Shown: one piece after another, positions 11,502-20,689 of the stretch
How positions within the stretch are numbered: the stretch's first letter is position 1
Layout: each line of letters starts with the position of its first letter
NCBI GenBank assembly: GCA_963832165.1
Contig: CAWHTE010000002.1
Span: 64,001-128,000 of the forward strand
Direction: 5' to 3'
Source: an uncultured delta proteobacterium
GTDB lineage: Bacteria > Myxococcota_A > UBA9160 > SMWR01
DNA: 64,000 nt
The notes under the pieces: model-generated
What the model was told of the DNA's origin: nothing
What the model saw: only the letters and a program-made list of their open reading frames with translations
Databases searched by the model: none
Program-made: the position numbers and the translations under genes

Positions 11502-12037
11502 ATGCAGTTCGGCCGCAGCTACGAGGAGTTCGAGGTCGGGGCGACGTACCGGCACTGGCCCGGCAAGACGGTCACCGAGTACGACGACCACCTGTTCTGC
11601 CTGCTCACGATGAACCACCACCCGCTGCACCTCGACAGCAACTACGCCGAGGAGACCACGCAGTTCGGCAAGAACGTCGTGGTCGGCAACTACGTCTACT
11701 CGCTGCTGCTCGGCATGAGCGTCCCCGACGTCTCCGGCAAGGCGATCGCCAACCTCGAGGTCGAGTCGCTGCGGCACGTCGCGCCGACCTTCCACGGGGA
11801 CACGCTCTACGGCGAGACGCCGGTGCTCGACAAGTGGGAGTCGAAGTCCAAGGACGACCGCGGCGTCGTCCACGTCGAGACGATCGGCTACAACCAGGAC
11901 GGCACGGTCGTGTGCATCTTCCGCCGCAAGGTGATGGTGCCCAAGCAGAGCTACCTCGACGCCCGCGGCGGCGAGCAGCCGGGCCGCCCGACGCCCGGCG
12001 CCGGACAAGAACTGGCCGGGGCCCGCAGGACTCCTAG
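11502..12037 (+). CDS. MaoC-family dehydratase; 3' end frameshifted
   Basis: GRSYEEFEVG, NHHPLHLD, PTFHGDTLY hot-dog-fold motifs. Confidence 0.85.
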
Positions 12038-12887
12038 ATGTCGTACGCCGTGCGGACAGCGGCCATGTCGTGGTCGCCGTGGCCCGCGTCGGCCGCACGC
12101 TCGTACAGCCCGAGACGGCCAGCAGCAGGTCGTCGCGCAAGCCCGTCTCCTGGGCGGCCGTCACCATCAGGCCGACGTCCTTGATGACGCCGTCGACCGA
12201 GAACGCTGTGGGCGTGTAGGTCCCCGCCATCATCGCGGCGCCCTTCACGTGCGCGTAGGGCGTATCGACCGGGCCGCCGCCGATCGCCTCGAGGAACAGC
12301 CGCGGGTCGAGACCGAGGGCGCTGGCCAGACCCGTCGCCTGGCCGACGGCCGCACACATGGTGGCTACCCAGGAGTTGCACACGATCTTCAGCGCGCTCG
12401 CCTGCCCGAGGTCGTCGCCGACGACCAGCGTCCGCGAGCCGATCGCGTCCACCGCCCAGCCCACCCGTGCCCGCGCGGTGTCCGGGCCCGAGAGCAGGAC
12501 GAGCAGGGTGCCGTCCTCGGCCGGCTTGCGGGTGCCGAGGACGGGGGCGTCGAGGAGCCGGCCGGCGGCCGCGGGCACGGCAGCGCGATCCGGGCCATGC
12601 CGTCGGGCCCGACCGTGCTGGACTGCAGCCAGGCGGCGTCGTCGCCGAGCGCGGCGACCAGGTCGTCGGCGACTCCAGCACGCTGTCGGCGTCGAAGAGC
12701 GCGGTGATGACAGCGTCGGCGCCGTCGACGGCCTCGCGGACGCCGCCGTACGCCGTGATGGATCGCTCGCGACCGCATCGGCCCGCTCCGGGGTGCGGTT
12801 CCAGACCGCGACCTCGTGGCCCTCGCGGGCGAGCGATCGGGCCATCGCGGCCCCCATGATCCCGGTCCCCAGCACGGCTGCACGCAT
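12034..12887 (-). CDS. NAD(P)-dependent oxidoreductase (3-hydroxyisobutyrate dehydrogenase family), frameshifted
   Basis: GTGIMG, WNRT, QSSTVG, LDAPVLG, LKIVCN motifs. Confidence 0.85.
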
Positions 12888-14053
12888 GCGGCCATCCTCT
12901 CGACGCGGCGCGAACGCCTTCGCCAGCGGCAGGATGCCCAGCACCAGCACCATCGGAACCGCGAAGCCGATGCGCAGCGACCCGGCGCCGACCAGCCCGG
13001 TCATCACCGCACCGAGCAGGGCGCCCACGTAGTTGAACTGGTTGAACCGCGCGATCACGGCGTCCACCCGGGCCCGCCGCTCGGCGGGGTCCAGGGTGTC
13101 GCCGCCCGCGATCCGCGCGGCGGCCGAGAAGCTCAGCGGGGCGACGACCGCCACGCCCGCGCCGAGCACGAGGAAGCCGACCACGGCCACCGGCCAGGCC
13201 GGCGCGAACACGACGACCGCCAGGGCGCCGCTGGCCACCAGCGCGCCCGCGCGCAGGACGCGGACCGCGCCGTGGCGGCGTACGAGGTCGTCGCCCGCGA
13301 GCCGGACGAGCCCGCTCGCCAGCAGGTAGGGGAACGTGGCCAGCGCGACCAGGTCCGACGGCGCGTCGACCGCGTGGTCGAGGTAGGTCGGTCCCCACGT
13401 GAACGCGGCCGTGTCGACCATGTAGAAGAGCACGAGCGCCGCGCCGACCAGCAGGATCGGTCGCCACGGCACCTCGACACCGGGCACGTCGACGCGGGGC
13501 GCCGGCGCGCTCGTGGGGGAGGTACGGCGCGGCGAGCGGCCACGAGGGGCACGATCGCCACGAGGGCGGTCCAGCGCAGGTCGAGGTCCGCGGTGGCGAG
13601 GGTGAGCGCGGCGGCGAGCAGCCCGCCGACGGTCCAGGCGCCGTGGAACGACGGCAGGATCGGCCGCCCGTACGCGTGCTCGAGGGCGACCGCCTGCATG
13701 TTGATCACCGCGTCGATGACGCCGAGCGTCACGCCGTAGCCGACGACGGCCGCCGCGAACACCGCCGCGTTCGGAGCCAGCGTGGCCGCCGGGACGGCGA
13801 CCGCGGTGCCCAGCAGCGCGGCGCGGAGCGGCACGGCCGACCCGAGTCGCGGGGCCACCCGTTCGGCCACGAGCGTGCCGACGCCGGCCAGCAGGACCAG
13901 GCCGAGAAGCAGCAGCGACAGCTCGACTTCCGACAGCGACCAGCGGTCGGAGAACGCGGGCAGCCGGGTGGTCAGGCTGATGAAGACGAAGCCCTGGGTG
14001 AGGAACGCGCCGGCGACAGCGAGCCGGGTGCGGCGGAGAGACACGGGGCGCAT
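12888..14053 (-). CDS. MFS transporter; frameshifted near 13510-13540, 3' end approximate
   Basis: About 12 hydrophobic segments; NMQAVALE...ILPSFHGAW and RLAGD.L motifs. Confidence 0.8.
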
Positions 14054-14081
14054 CGTGGCAGATCGGCTCTACGGTGACCCC

Positions 14082-14783
14082 GTGAACACGTGGGACCGGC
14101 GGATGGAGTGGCCGCTGACCATCGCGGCCGTCGTCTTCCTCGGCGCTTACGCGTGGCCGATCCTGGAGCCCGACCTGTCGTCGGGGCTGCAGACGACGTG
14201 CTCGGTGATCGGCTGGGCGGTGTGGGTGCTCTTCGCCGTGGACTACGTGGCGCGTGTCGCGGCGGCCGACGACCGGGTCTCCTGGATCGTGCGGCACCCG
14301 CTCGAGATCGTCGTCCTGGTGCTCCCGATGCTCCGGCCGCTGCGCGTGCTGCGGCTGGTCATGCTGCTGCGGGTGCTCAACCGGACGGCGGCGGGCAACC
14401 TCCGCGGACGGGTGGCCATCTACGTCACGGTCGGGGCGTGCCTGATCGCCTTCGTGGCCGCGCTCGCCGTCCTCGACGCCGAGCGCGACGCCGCCGGCGC
14501 CTCGATCACCACGTTCGGCGACGCCATCTGGTGGGCCTGCACGACGATGTCGACGGTCGGGTACGGCGACCTGTACCCGGTGACCACGTCCGGTCGCTTC
14601 ATCGCCGTCGGGCTGATGTTCGGTGGCATCGCCCTGCTGGGCACGGTCACCGCTACCTTCGCCTCCTGGCTCGTCGAGGCGGTCCGCGAGGAGGCGGACG
14701 AGACCGAGGACCAGCTCGACGTCGTCCTGGGCGAGCTGTCCGCCCTGCGCCAACGGCTCGACCGAGTGCTGGAGGAGAGATGA
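14082..14783 (+). CDS. Potassium channel family protein
   Basis: TMSTVGYGD selectivity filter; S4-like LRPLRVLRLVMLLR. Confidence 0.9.
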   Translation: MNTWDRRMEWPLTIAAVVFLGAYAWPILEPDLSSGLQTTCSVIGWAVWVLFAVDYVARVAAADDRVSWIVRHPLEIVVLVLPMLRPLRVLRLVMLLRVLNRTAAGNLRGRVAIYVTVGACLIAFVAALAVLDAERDAAGASITTFGDAIWWACTTMSTVGYGDLYPVTTSGRFIAVGLMFGGIALLGTVTATFASWLVEAVREEADETEDQLDVVLGELSALRQRLDRVLEER

Positions 14784-15358
14784 CCGAGTTCCGCGAGACC
14801 GAGGTGTGGCTGGTCCGACACGGCGAGACCGAGTGGAGCAGGGACGGGCGGCACACGTCGTCGACGGACCTGCCGCTCACGCCCGTGGGCGAGGAGGTGG
14901 CCCGGTCGCTGCGACCGCGCCTGGACGACGTGACGTTCGACCTGGTGCTGACGAGCCCGATGCAGCGCGCCCGGGTCACGGCCGACCTCGTCGGGCGTCG
15001 GCGATGCGGAGGTCGACGCCGACCTGGTCGAGTGGGGGTACGGCGACTACGAGGGGCGCACCAGCGCGGAGATCCGCGAGGAGGTGCCCGGCTGGACCAT
15101 CTGGTCGCAGCCGGCGCCCGGCGGCGAGACGCCCGACCAGGTCGCCGAGCGGCTCGACCGGGTGGTCGACCGGCTGCGCGCGCCGATGGACCGGACCGGG
15201 CGCTGGTCTTCGGCCACGGTCACGCGCTGCGGGCACTGACGGCGCGATGGCTCGGGCTGCCGGTGACCGACGGACGGCTGTTCCGGCTCGACACCGCCAC
15301 GCTGTCGCGGCTCGGCTACGAGCGCGAGAACCCGGTGATCCTCGCCTGGAACTCCTGA
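14780..15358 (+). CDS. Histidine phosphatase (phosphoglycerate mutase family), frameshifted
   Basis: RHGETEWS, TSPMQRA, YGDYEG, GHGH motifs; ATGA overlap with the K+ channel stop. Confidence 0.85.
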   Translation: MTEFRETEVWLVRHGETEWSRDGRHTSSTDLPLTPVGEEVARSLRPRLDDVTFDLVLTSPMQRARVTADLVGRRRCGGRRRPGRVGVRRLRGAHQRGDPRGGARLDHLVAAGARRRDARPGRRAARPGGRPAARADGPDRALVFGHGHALRALTARWLGLPVTDGRLFRLDTATLSRLGYERENPVILAWNS

Positions 15359-15399
15359 GCGCGCTTGACGCGGACCGCCCGCGTCACGACGGTGGACCC

Positions 15400-16050
15400 A
15401 TGCCCCTGGTCGCGGGGTGCCCCCGTTGCCGCGCCACCGTGCAGGACGCCGAGCCCGGCGGCGTGCCGCGCTGCCCGGAGCACGGCGAGGTGGCGCGGAC
15501 GCTTGTGGCGGCCCGGCGACGCAGGCCGAGATCAGCTACGACGCGTTCGTCGACCACCTGGGCGAGGCCGACGGCTTCCCGACGTACCTGCCCTGGCCGA
15601 TGAGCCCCGGCTGGTCGGTCACCGACTTCGCCGTCGCCGACCGGTGACCGGCCCTGGGCCACCGCGACGTGCGTGTCGGGCACCAGCGAGCTCGACGGGC
15701 CGGTCGACGTGTTCGTGGTCGCGGAGGAGCCGGGCACCGGTCTCGGCGCGCGGTGCGCGGGCATCGACCGCAGCGACCCCGGCCGCGAGGTGGGCGACGG
15801 GCAGCCGACCGTGCGGGTCCGGATCGGCAGCCAGGCCGTGCCGCTGTGGGTGGTCTCCACCTCGTCCGCGGACGACCGGTTCGACCGGTCGGTGTTCGTG
15901 GGCGAGGCCGACGGCCGCTGGCTGTGGCTGGTGCTGCGGCCGGCCTCGGCGATGCTGCTGCTGCGCGACGACTGGATCCTGCGCGACGTGTCGAGCGTGG
16001 GTCCGCCGCTGGTGGAGATGCCGTTCGGGGGGCCGCGCCCCGTCTGGTGA
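15400..16050 (+). CDS. Conserved actinobacterial hypothetical protein (DUF6758-like), frameshifted
   Basis: CPRC...CPEHG, LPWPMSPGW, AEEPGTGLGAR, GEADGRWLWLV segments. Confidence 0.55.
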
Positions 16051-16064
16051 GCCAAGGTGTGCGG

Positions 16065-16915
16065 GTGCGTATCGACCTCCACACCCACTCGCGGGCCTCG
16101 GACGGCACGCAGAGTCCCGCGGAGGTGATGCGGGCGGCGGCCGACGCCGGGCTGGACGTGGTCGCGCTGACCGACCACGACACCGCGCAGGGCTGGGCGG
16201 AGGCGACCGCCGCCGCCGAGGCTCTCGGGCTCGAGCTGGTCACCGGCATCGAGGTCAGCACCCGCTTCGAGCACGCCGGCGTGCACCTGCTGGCCTACCT
16301 GCCCGACGCCGACGACCCGGGCCTGGTCCTCGCGCTCGACCGGGTGCTCGAGGGCCGCAACTCGCGGGTGCCGGCGATCCTCGCCAACCTGCGCGCGGTC
16401 GGGATCGAGCTCACCGAGGACGACGTACGCCGCGTGGCCGCCGGCACGCCCGCCACCGGCCGGCCGCACGTCGCCGACGCTCTCGTCGCCCAGGGAGTGG
16501 TGGCCGACCGGGCGGAGGCGTTCGAGAGGTACCTCAACCCGGGCCGGCCGGGGTACGCGACGAGGTACGCCGCCGACCTCGAGGACATCGTGCCGATGGT
16601 CGTCGCCGCCGGCGGCGTCCCCGTCGTCGCGCACCCGTGGGCCCGGTCGGCCCGGCACGTGCTCACGGAGGCGGCGTTCGGGCGCCTGCAGGACCTCGGG
16701 CTCGCCGGCATCGAGGTCGACCACCAGGGCCACGACCCGGCCGCGCGCGACACGCTGCGCGCGATCGCGCGCAACCTCGACCTGGTCGTCACCGGGTCCA
16801 GCGACTACCACGGCACCGGGAAGGTCGACCACGAGCTCGGGTGCAACACCACCGCACCCGACCAGCTCGCCCGCATCAGGGAGCTCGCCTCGTCCGCGCC
16901 GGACCGCGCCGATGA
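16065..16915 (+). CDS. PHP-domain phosphoesterase (TrpH/YciV-like); native stop lost by a frameshift near 16905
   Basis: DLHTHS, LTDHDT, GRPH, AHP, GSSDYHG motifs. Confidence 0.88.
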
Positions 16916-17529
16916 ACGACCTGCTCGACGTCACCCTGCTGACGAGTGCCTTCGTCACGCTCTTCGTGATCATGGACCCGGTCGGGACCGTGCCGATCTT
17001 CCTGTCGCTGACCAGCGGCCGGTCGAAGGCCACGGCCCGGCGGGCGGCCTGGCAGGCGGTCGCGGTGTCGTTCGTGGTGATCACGGCGTTCGCGTTCTTC
17101 GGCCAGCGGATCCTGTCCTACCTGCACATCTCGCTGCCGGCGCTCCAGTGTGCGGGCGGGCTGCTGCTCCTCCTCGTGGCCCTCGAGCTGCTGACCGGCA
17201 ACGAGAAGGAGCACACCCAGCAGGCCGGCACGAACGTCGCGCTCGTCCCGCTGGGCACCCCGCTGCTGGCCGGCCCCGGCGCGATCGTCGCGACGATGCT
17301 GTTCTCCCGCCGCGTCCACGACTTCGCCGACTTCGCGGCCGTCTCGCTCGCCGTGATCCTCGTGCACCTGTGCATCTGGGCCGCGATGCGCTACTCGCTG
17401 CCGATCCTGCGGCTGATCCGCGAGTCCGGCGTCCTGCTCGTCACCCGGATCGCCGGCCTGCTGCTCTCGGCCATCGCCGTGCAGCTCGTCGCGGACGCCG
17501 TCCGCGCGTTCATCGCCGGCGAGGGCTGA
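16912..17529 (+). CDS. MarC-family membrane protein
   Basis: IMDPVGTVPIF and VPLGTPLLAGPGAI signatures; 205 aa. Confidence 0.9.
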   Translation: MNDLLDVTLLTSAFVTLFVIMDPVGTVPIFLSLTSGRSKATARRAAWQAVAVSFVVITAFAFFGQRILSYLHISLPALQCAGGLLLLLVALELLTGNEKEHTQQAGTNVALVPLGTPLLAGPGAIVATMLFSRRVHDFADFAAVSLAVILVHLCIWAAMRYSLPILRLIRESGVLLVTRIAGLLLSAIAVQLVADAVRAFIAGEG

Positions 17530-17530
17530 G

Positions 17531-18282
17531 CTACTTGCGCCCGATGTTCTGGAAGCGCTGGGCGACGCGGGTGGGGACCATCCGGGTGGCGGTCGTGATC
17601 ACCTTGTACTGCCCGCCGGGGACCGACATCGCCTTGCCCTTGTCGAAGTCGGAGAGGCACTCGGAGACCAGGAAGTCGGCCTCCAGCCACAGGTAGCCCG
17701 ACCCGCGGCGCACGTTCATCCGCTCGTGGAACTCGGTCTTGGTGAAGCCCGGGCACAGCGTGGTCACGGTGACGCCCTTCGAGCGGTACTCGTTGGCGGC
17801 CCACGCGCCGAAGCTGTTCACCCAGGCCTTCGCGGCGGAGTACGAGCCGCGTGGCAGGAAGGCCGCCACGCTGGAGACGTTGATGATGCCGCCGGTGCCG
17901 CGCGCCGACATCGCGCCGAGGGCGGCGTGCGAGAGGCGCATCACGGCGACGACGAGGACGTCGAGCATGGCCTGCTCCTGCTCGACGTCGTTGTCCCCGA
18001 ACCGCCGCTTCAGCCCGAAGCCGGCGTTGTTGACCAGCAGGTCGACCGGCCGATCGAGCGAGGCGACGCGAGCCTCGACGTTCGCCAGCTGCTCGCGGTC
18101 GACAAGGTCGGCGAGAGGACCTCGGCGCCGACGCCGTACGTCGCCTGGAGCTCCTCGGCGAGCGACTCGAGGCGGGCGGTGTCGCGGGCGACCAGGACCA
18201 GGTCGTGGCCGCGGGCGGCGAGCTGTCGGGCGAACTCCAGGCCGATGCCGGCCGTGGCGCCGGTCACGAGAGCGGTAGGCAT
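17531..18282 (-). CDS. Short-chain dehydrogenase/reductase; frameshift at ~18115
   Basis: [20 protein letters not shown] motifs. Confidence 0.9.
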
Positions 18283-18357
18283 GCGTCGATCGAACCAGGT
18301 GCCTGCCGCGTTTCGCGGCCCGGGTCCGGCATGATGGTCGGCGATGACTTCCCCGAC

Positions 18358-18732
18358 ATGTCACGGTCCACGACCCTGGCCGTCGCCAACCAGAAGGGCG
18401 GCGTCGCCAAGACCACCAGCGTCGCCTCGCTCGGCGCCGCCCTGGCCGAGCTGGGCCACTCGGTGCTCCTGGTCGACCTCGACCCGCAGGCCTGCCTGAC
18501 CTTCTCCCTCGGCATCGACCCCGAGGACATCGAGATCTCCGTTCACCACGTGCTGACCAAGGGCACCCACGTCTCGGAAGTCATCATCGAGACCGACGAC
18601 GGGGTCGACCTGTTGCCGGCCACCATCGAGCTCGCCCGCGCCGAGGCCGACCTGCTGACCCGGACCGGACGCGAGCAGGTGCTCAAGGCCGCGCTGGCCG
18701 ACCTCGCCGACGAGGTCCAGTACGACTGGGTG
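18358..18732 (+). pseudogene. parA: ParA/Soj-family ATPase, 5' fragment truncated at the segment junction
   Basis: NQKGGVAKTT deviant Walker A and VDLDPQ; homology stops at YDWV, just before the expected LLDCPP Walker B. Confidence 0.8.
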
Positions 18733-18798
18733 CCCGGACCAGAAACCTTTGCGAGTCCCTGCTCTCGGAAGTTTGGGACACCGCCCGATCGGATCGGT

Positions 18799-19224
18799 TC
18801 AGCGCCGGGCCGAAAATTCTCCGGGCCCCTTGAGCTCCACCACGTTGCCGTCCGGATCGCGGACATAGAGGGAAGGCCCCATCCCTTCTGCGCCGTATCG
18901 CTCGCCCACATCGCCGGCCTCGACGCCGGCCGCCGCGAGCTCCGCGCGCAGCGCGGCCGCGTCGAAAGACCCGAGCTGCAGCGCGAAATGGTCCATGTTC
19001 CTCGCTGAATCCCCCGGGGGGTCACCGCCGAGCTTCCCGAGTGGTCCCGCGATGTCGACCAGATCGATCAGCCCCGAGCCCGCGCGCAGCTGGACCAGCC
19101 CGAGCGCCTCGATGCGGCGCTCCTCGCGGCAGCCGAGCACGCCGCAGTAGAAGCCGAGCGCGCGCGCGACATCGCGCACGCGCAGCACCACATGATCGAT
19201 ACCGCGGATCTCGATCGCGCCCAT
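18799..19224 (-). CDS. VOC/glyoxalase family protein
   Basis: IDHVVLRV, FYCGVLG, MDHFAL, DPDGNVVELK; 141 aa from ATG 19224. Confidence 0.88.
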   Translation of the reverse strand: MGAIEIRGIDHVVLRVRDVARALGFYCGVLGCREERRIEALGLVQLRAGSGLIDLVDIAGPLGKLGGDPPGDSARNMDHFALQLGSFDAAALRAELAAAGVEAGDVGERYGAEGMGPSLYVRDPDGNVVELKGPGEFSARR

Positions 19225-19281
19225 CTCTCGCACGGTACTGCGGTTGACCTTTGCTGCGCGACCGCGCACGCTCGCGCGCCC

Positions 19282-20283
19282 ATGACCGGCGATCTCTACG
19301 GGTGCGCCGTGCGCGCGCTCGACGCCGCACCCCAGAGCGTGCCGCCGTGCCCGGTGTGCGGCGCCACCGCAGCGCGCCCGCGCTTCGCGGTGGAAGGGAC
19401 CGCGGCACCCGTGGTCGTGTGCGAGAGCTGTGGGCTCGGGCGCTTCCACCCGATGCTCGACGCGACGGCGATCGCATCGCTCTACCCCGACGCCTACTAC
19501 GGTGAGCCCGGTGTGAAGTTCCATCCCTTGGTCGAGCGCGCGGTGCGCTGGATCGGCGCGCGGCACGTGCGCTTCCTCTCGCTGGGCCTCGCGCCGGGAT
19601 CGCGCGTGCTCGACGTGGGCTGTGGGCGCGGCGTGGTGCTGGGCGCGCTCGCGGACCGCGGCCTCGAGGTGCACGGCGTCGAGGTGTCGGAGGCGGCGGC
19701 GCGCGGCACCGACCCGCGCGCGCAGGTGCGGATCGCGCACCAGCTCGCCGAAGCGGACTACCCGAGCGCCTACTTCGATCAGGTGCTCTTCTGGCACGTG
19801 CTCGAGCATCTCGAGCGGCCGCGCGAGACGCTCGACGAAGTGCGGCGCATCCTGCGGCCGGGCGGGCGCCTCGTGGTGGCGGTGCCCAACTTCGCGAGCC
19901 GCCAGGCCGCGTGGAGCGGTGCCGCCTGGTTCCATCTCGACCTGCCGCGCCACCTCTACCACTTCCCGCTGGCGGCGCTGCACCGACTGCTCGACGAGAC
20001 CGGTTTCGAGCCCACGTCCGACCATCATTTCTCGCTGCGCCAGAACCCGTTCGGCTGGGTGCAGAGTGCGCTCAACCGGGTCGAGTGGCTGCCGCGCAAC
20101 GGACTCTACACGCTGCTGCATCGGCGCATGGGTCCGCAGCCATTCGACAGCCTGACTTGCGCGGTTCTGCTAGGCGCATTCGCGCTGCTCTTCCCCGCGG
20201 CAGGGATCGCCTCGGTCTGGGACGCCGTGACTCGGAGCGGCGCCACCGTGCACGTCGTCGCACTGCGAAAGCCAGAGCGTTAG
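19282..20283 (+). CDS. Class I SAM-dependent methyltransferase with N-terminal Zn-ribbon
   Basis: CPVC...CESC, VLDVGCGRG, WHVLEHL, LRPGG motifs; start inferred. Confidence 0.85.
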   Translation: MTGDLYGCAVRALDAAPQSVPPCPVCGATAARPRFAVEGTAAPVVVCESCGLGRFHPMLDATAIASLYPDAYYGEPGVKFHPLVERAVRWIGARHVRFLSLGLAPGSRVLDVGCGRGVVLGALADRGLEVHGVEVSEAAARGTDPRAQVRIAHQLAEADYPSAYFDQVLFWHVLEHLERPRETLDEVRRILRPGGRLVVAVPNFASRQAAWSGAAWFHLDLPRHLYHFPLAALHRLLDETGFEPTSDHHFSLRQNPFGWVQSALNRVEWLPRNGLYTLLHRRMGPQPFDSLTCAVLLGAFALLFPAAGIASVWDAVTRSGATVHVVALRKPER

Positions 20284-20344
20284 CCCCCGCCGCACGCATT
20301 CGCGCTCGGCGCTAGGCACCCGCGCCACGGGCATCCGTGAACGG

Positions 20345-20379
20345 AAGGCGGGATCCGCCTTCGGCTCCTCCCGCCCAAC
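20345..20379 (-). repeat. REP-like palindrome copy (GTTG variant), intergenic
   Basis: Reverse complement GTTGGGCGGGAGGAGCCGAAGGCGGATCCCGCCTT. Confidence 0.85.
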
Positions 20380-20407
20380 TGGATTCAAATCCAGTTCGAT
20401 GGCCGAA

Positions 20408-20430
20408 GGAGGCGGGAGAATCTCGCCTCC
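20408..20430. terminator. GC-rich hairpin between convergent genes
   Basis: GGAGGCG...CGCCTCC inverted repeat; no U-tract. Confidence 0.35.
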
Positions 20431-20451
20431 GCGGCGGCCGCTTGGGCTGCG

Positions 20452-20607
20452 CTAGTCCTCGAGGAGGAGCTCAACGACCTCGCGGAGGTTGGCCGCGAGC
20501 TCGTCGAGCGAAGCACCCTGTGAGTGCGCGCCCGGAAAGCCCGGAATGTGGCCGACGAAAAGTCCCGTGTCCCAGCACTTCTCGACGACCGCAGTGAACT
20601 TGCGCAT
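20452..20607 (-). CDS. Small orphan HicB-like (UPF0150-type) antitoxin-domain protein, 51 aa; absent from the ORF track
   Basis: Hand translation MRKFTAVVEKCWDTGLFVGHIPGFPGAHSQGASLDELAANLREVVELLLED*; PG..SQG.SLDE...NL.E pattern. Confidence 0.7.
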   Translation of the reverse strand: MRKFTAVVEKCWDTGLFVGHIPGFPGAHSQGASLDELAANLREVVELLLED

Positions 20608-20689
20608 GGAACGAGCTCCGGAACCGGGGACGTATGGAAGCTATCTCGCGTCGGTCGGCCGCGCGACTCTCCAGGGCGCAGCCGGCAGG

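Noticed and set aside
11265..14753. 1162-aa ORF as an MFS-dehydrogenase fusion
   Set aside because: Artefact of frameshifts linking antisense sequence, part of the MFS gene and parts of the dehydrogenase
5400..18300. Programmed frameshifting or mass pseudogenisation
   Set aside because: No consistent slippery sites; the pattern matches sequencing indels
18205..19008. 267-aa ParA with a novel C-terminus
   Set aside because: The tail is read-through across the junction, antisense to the VOC gene
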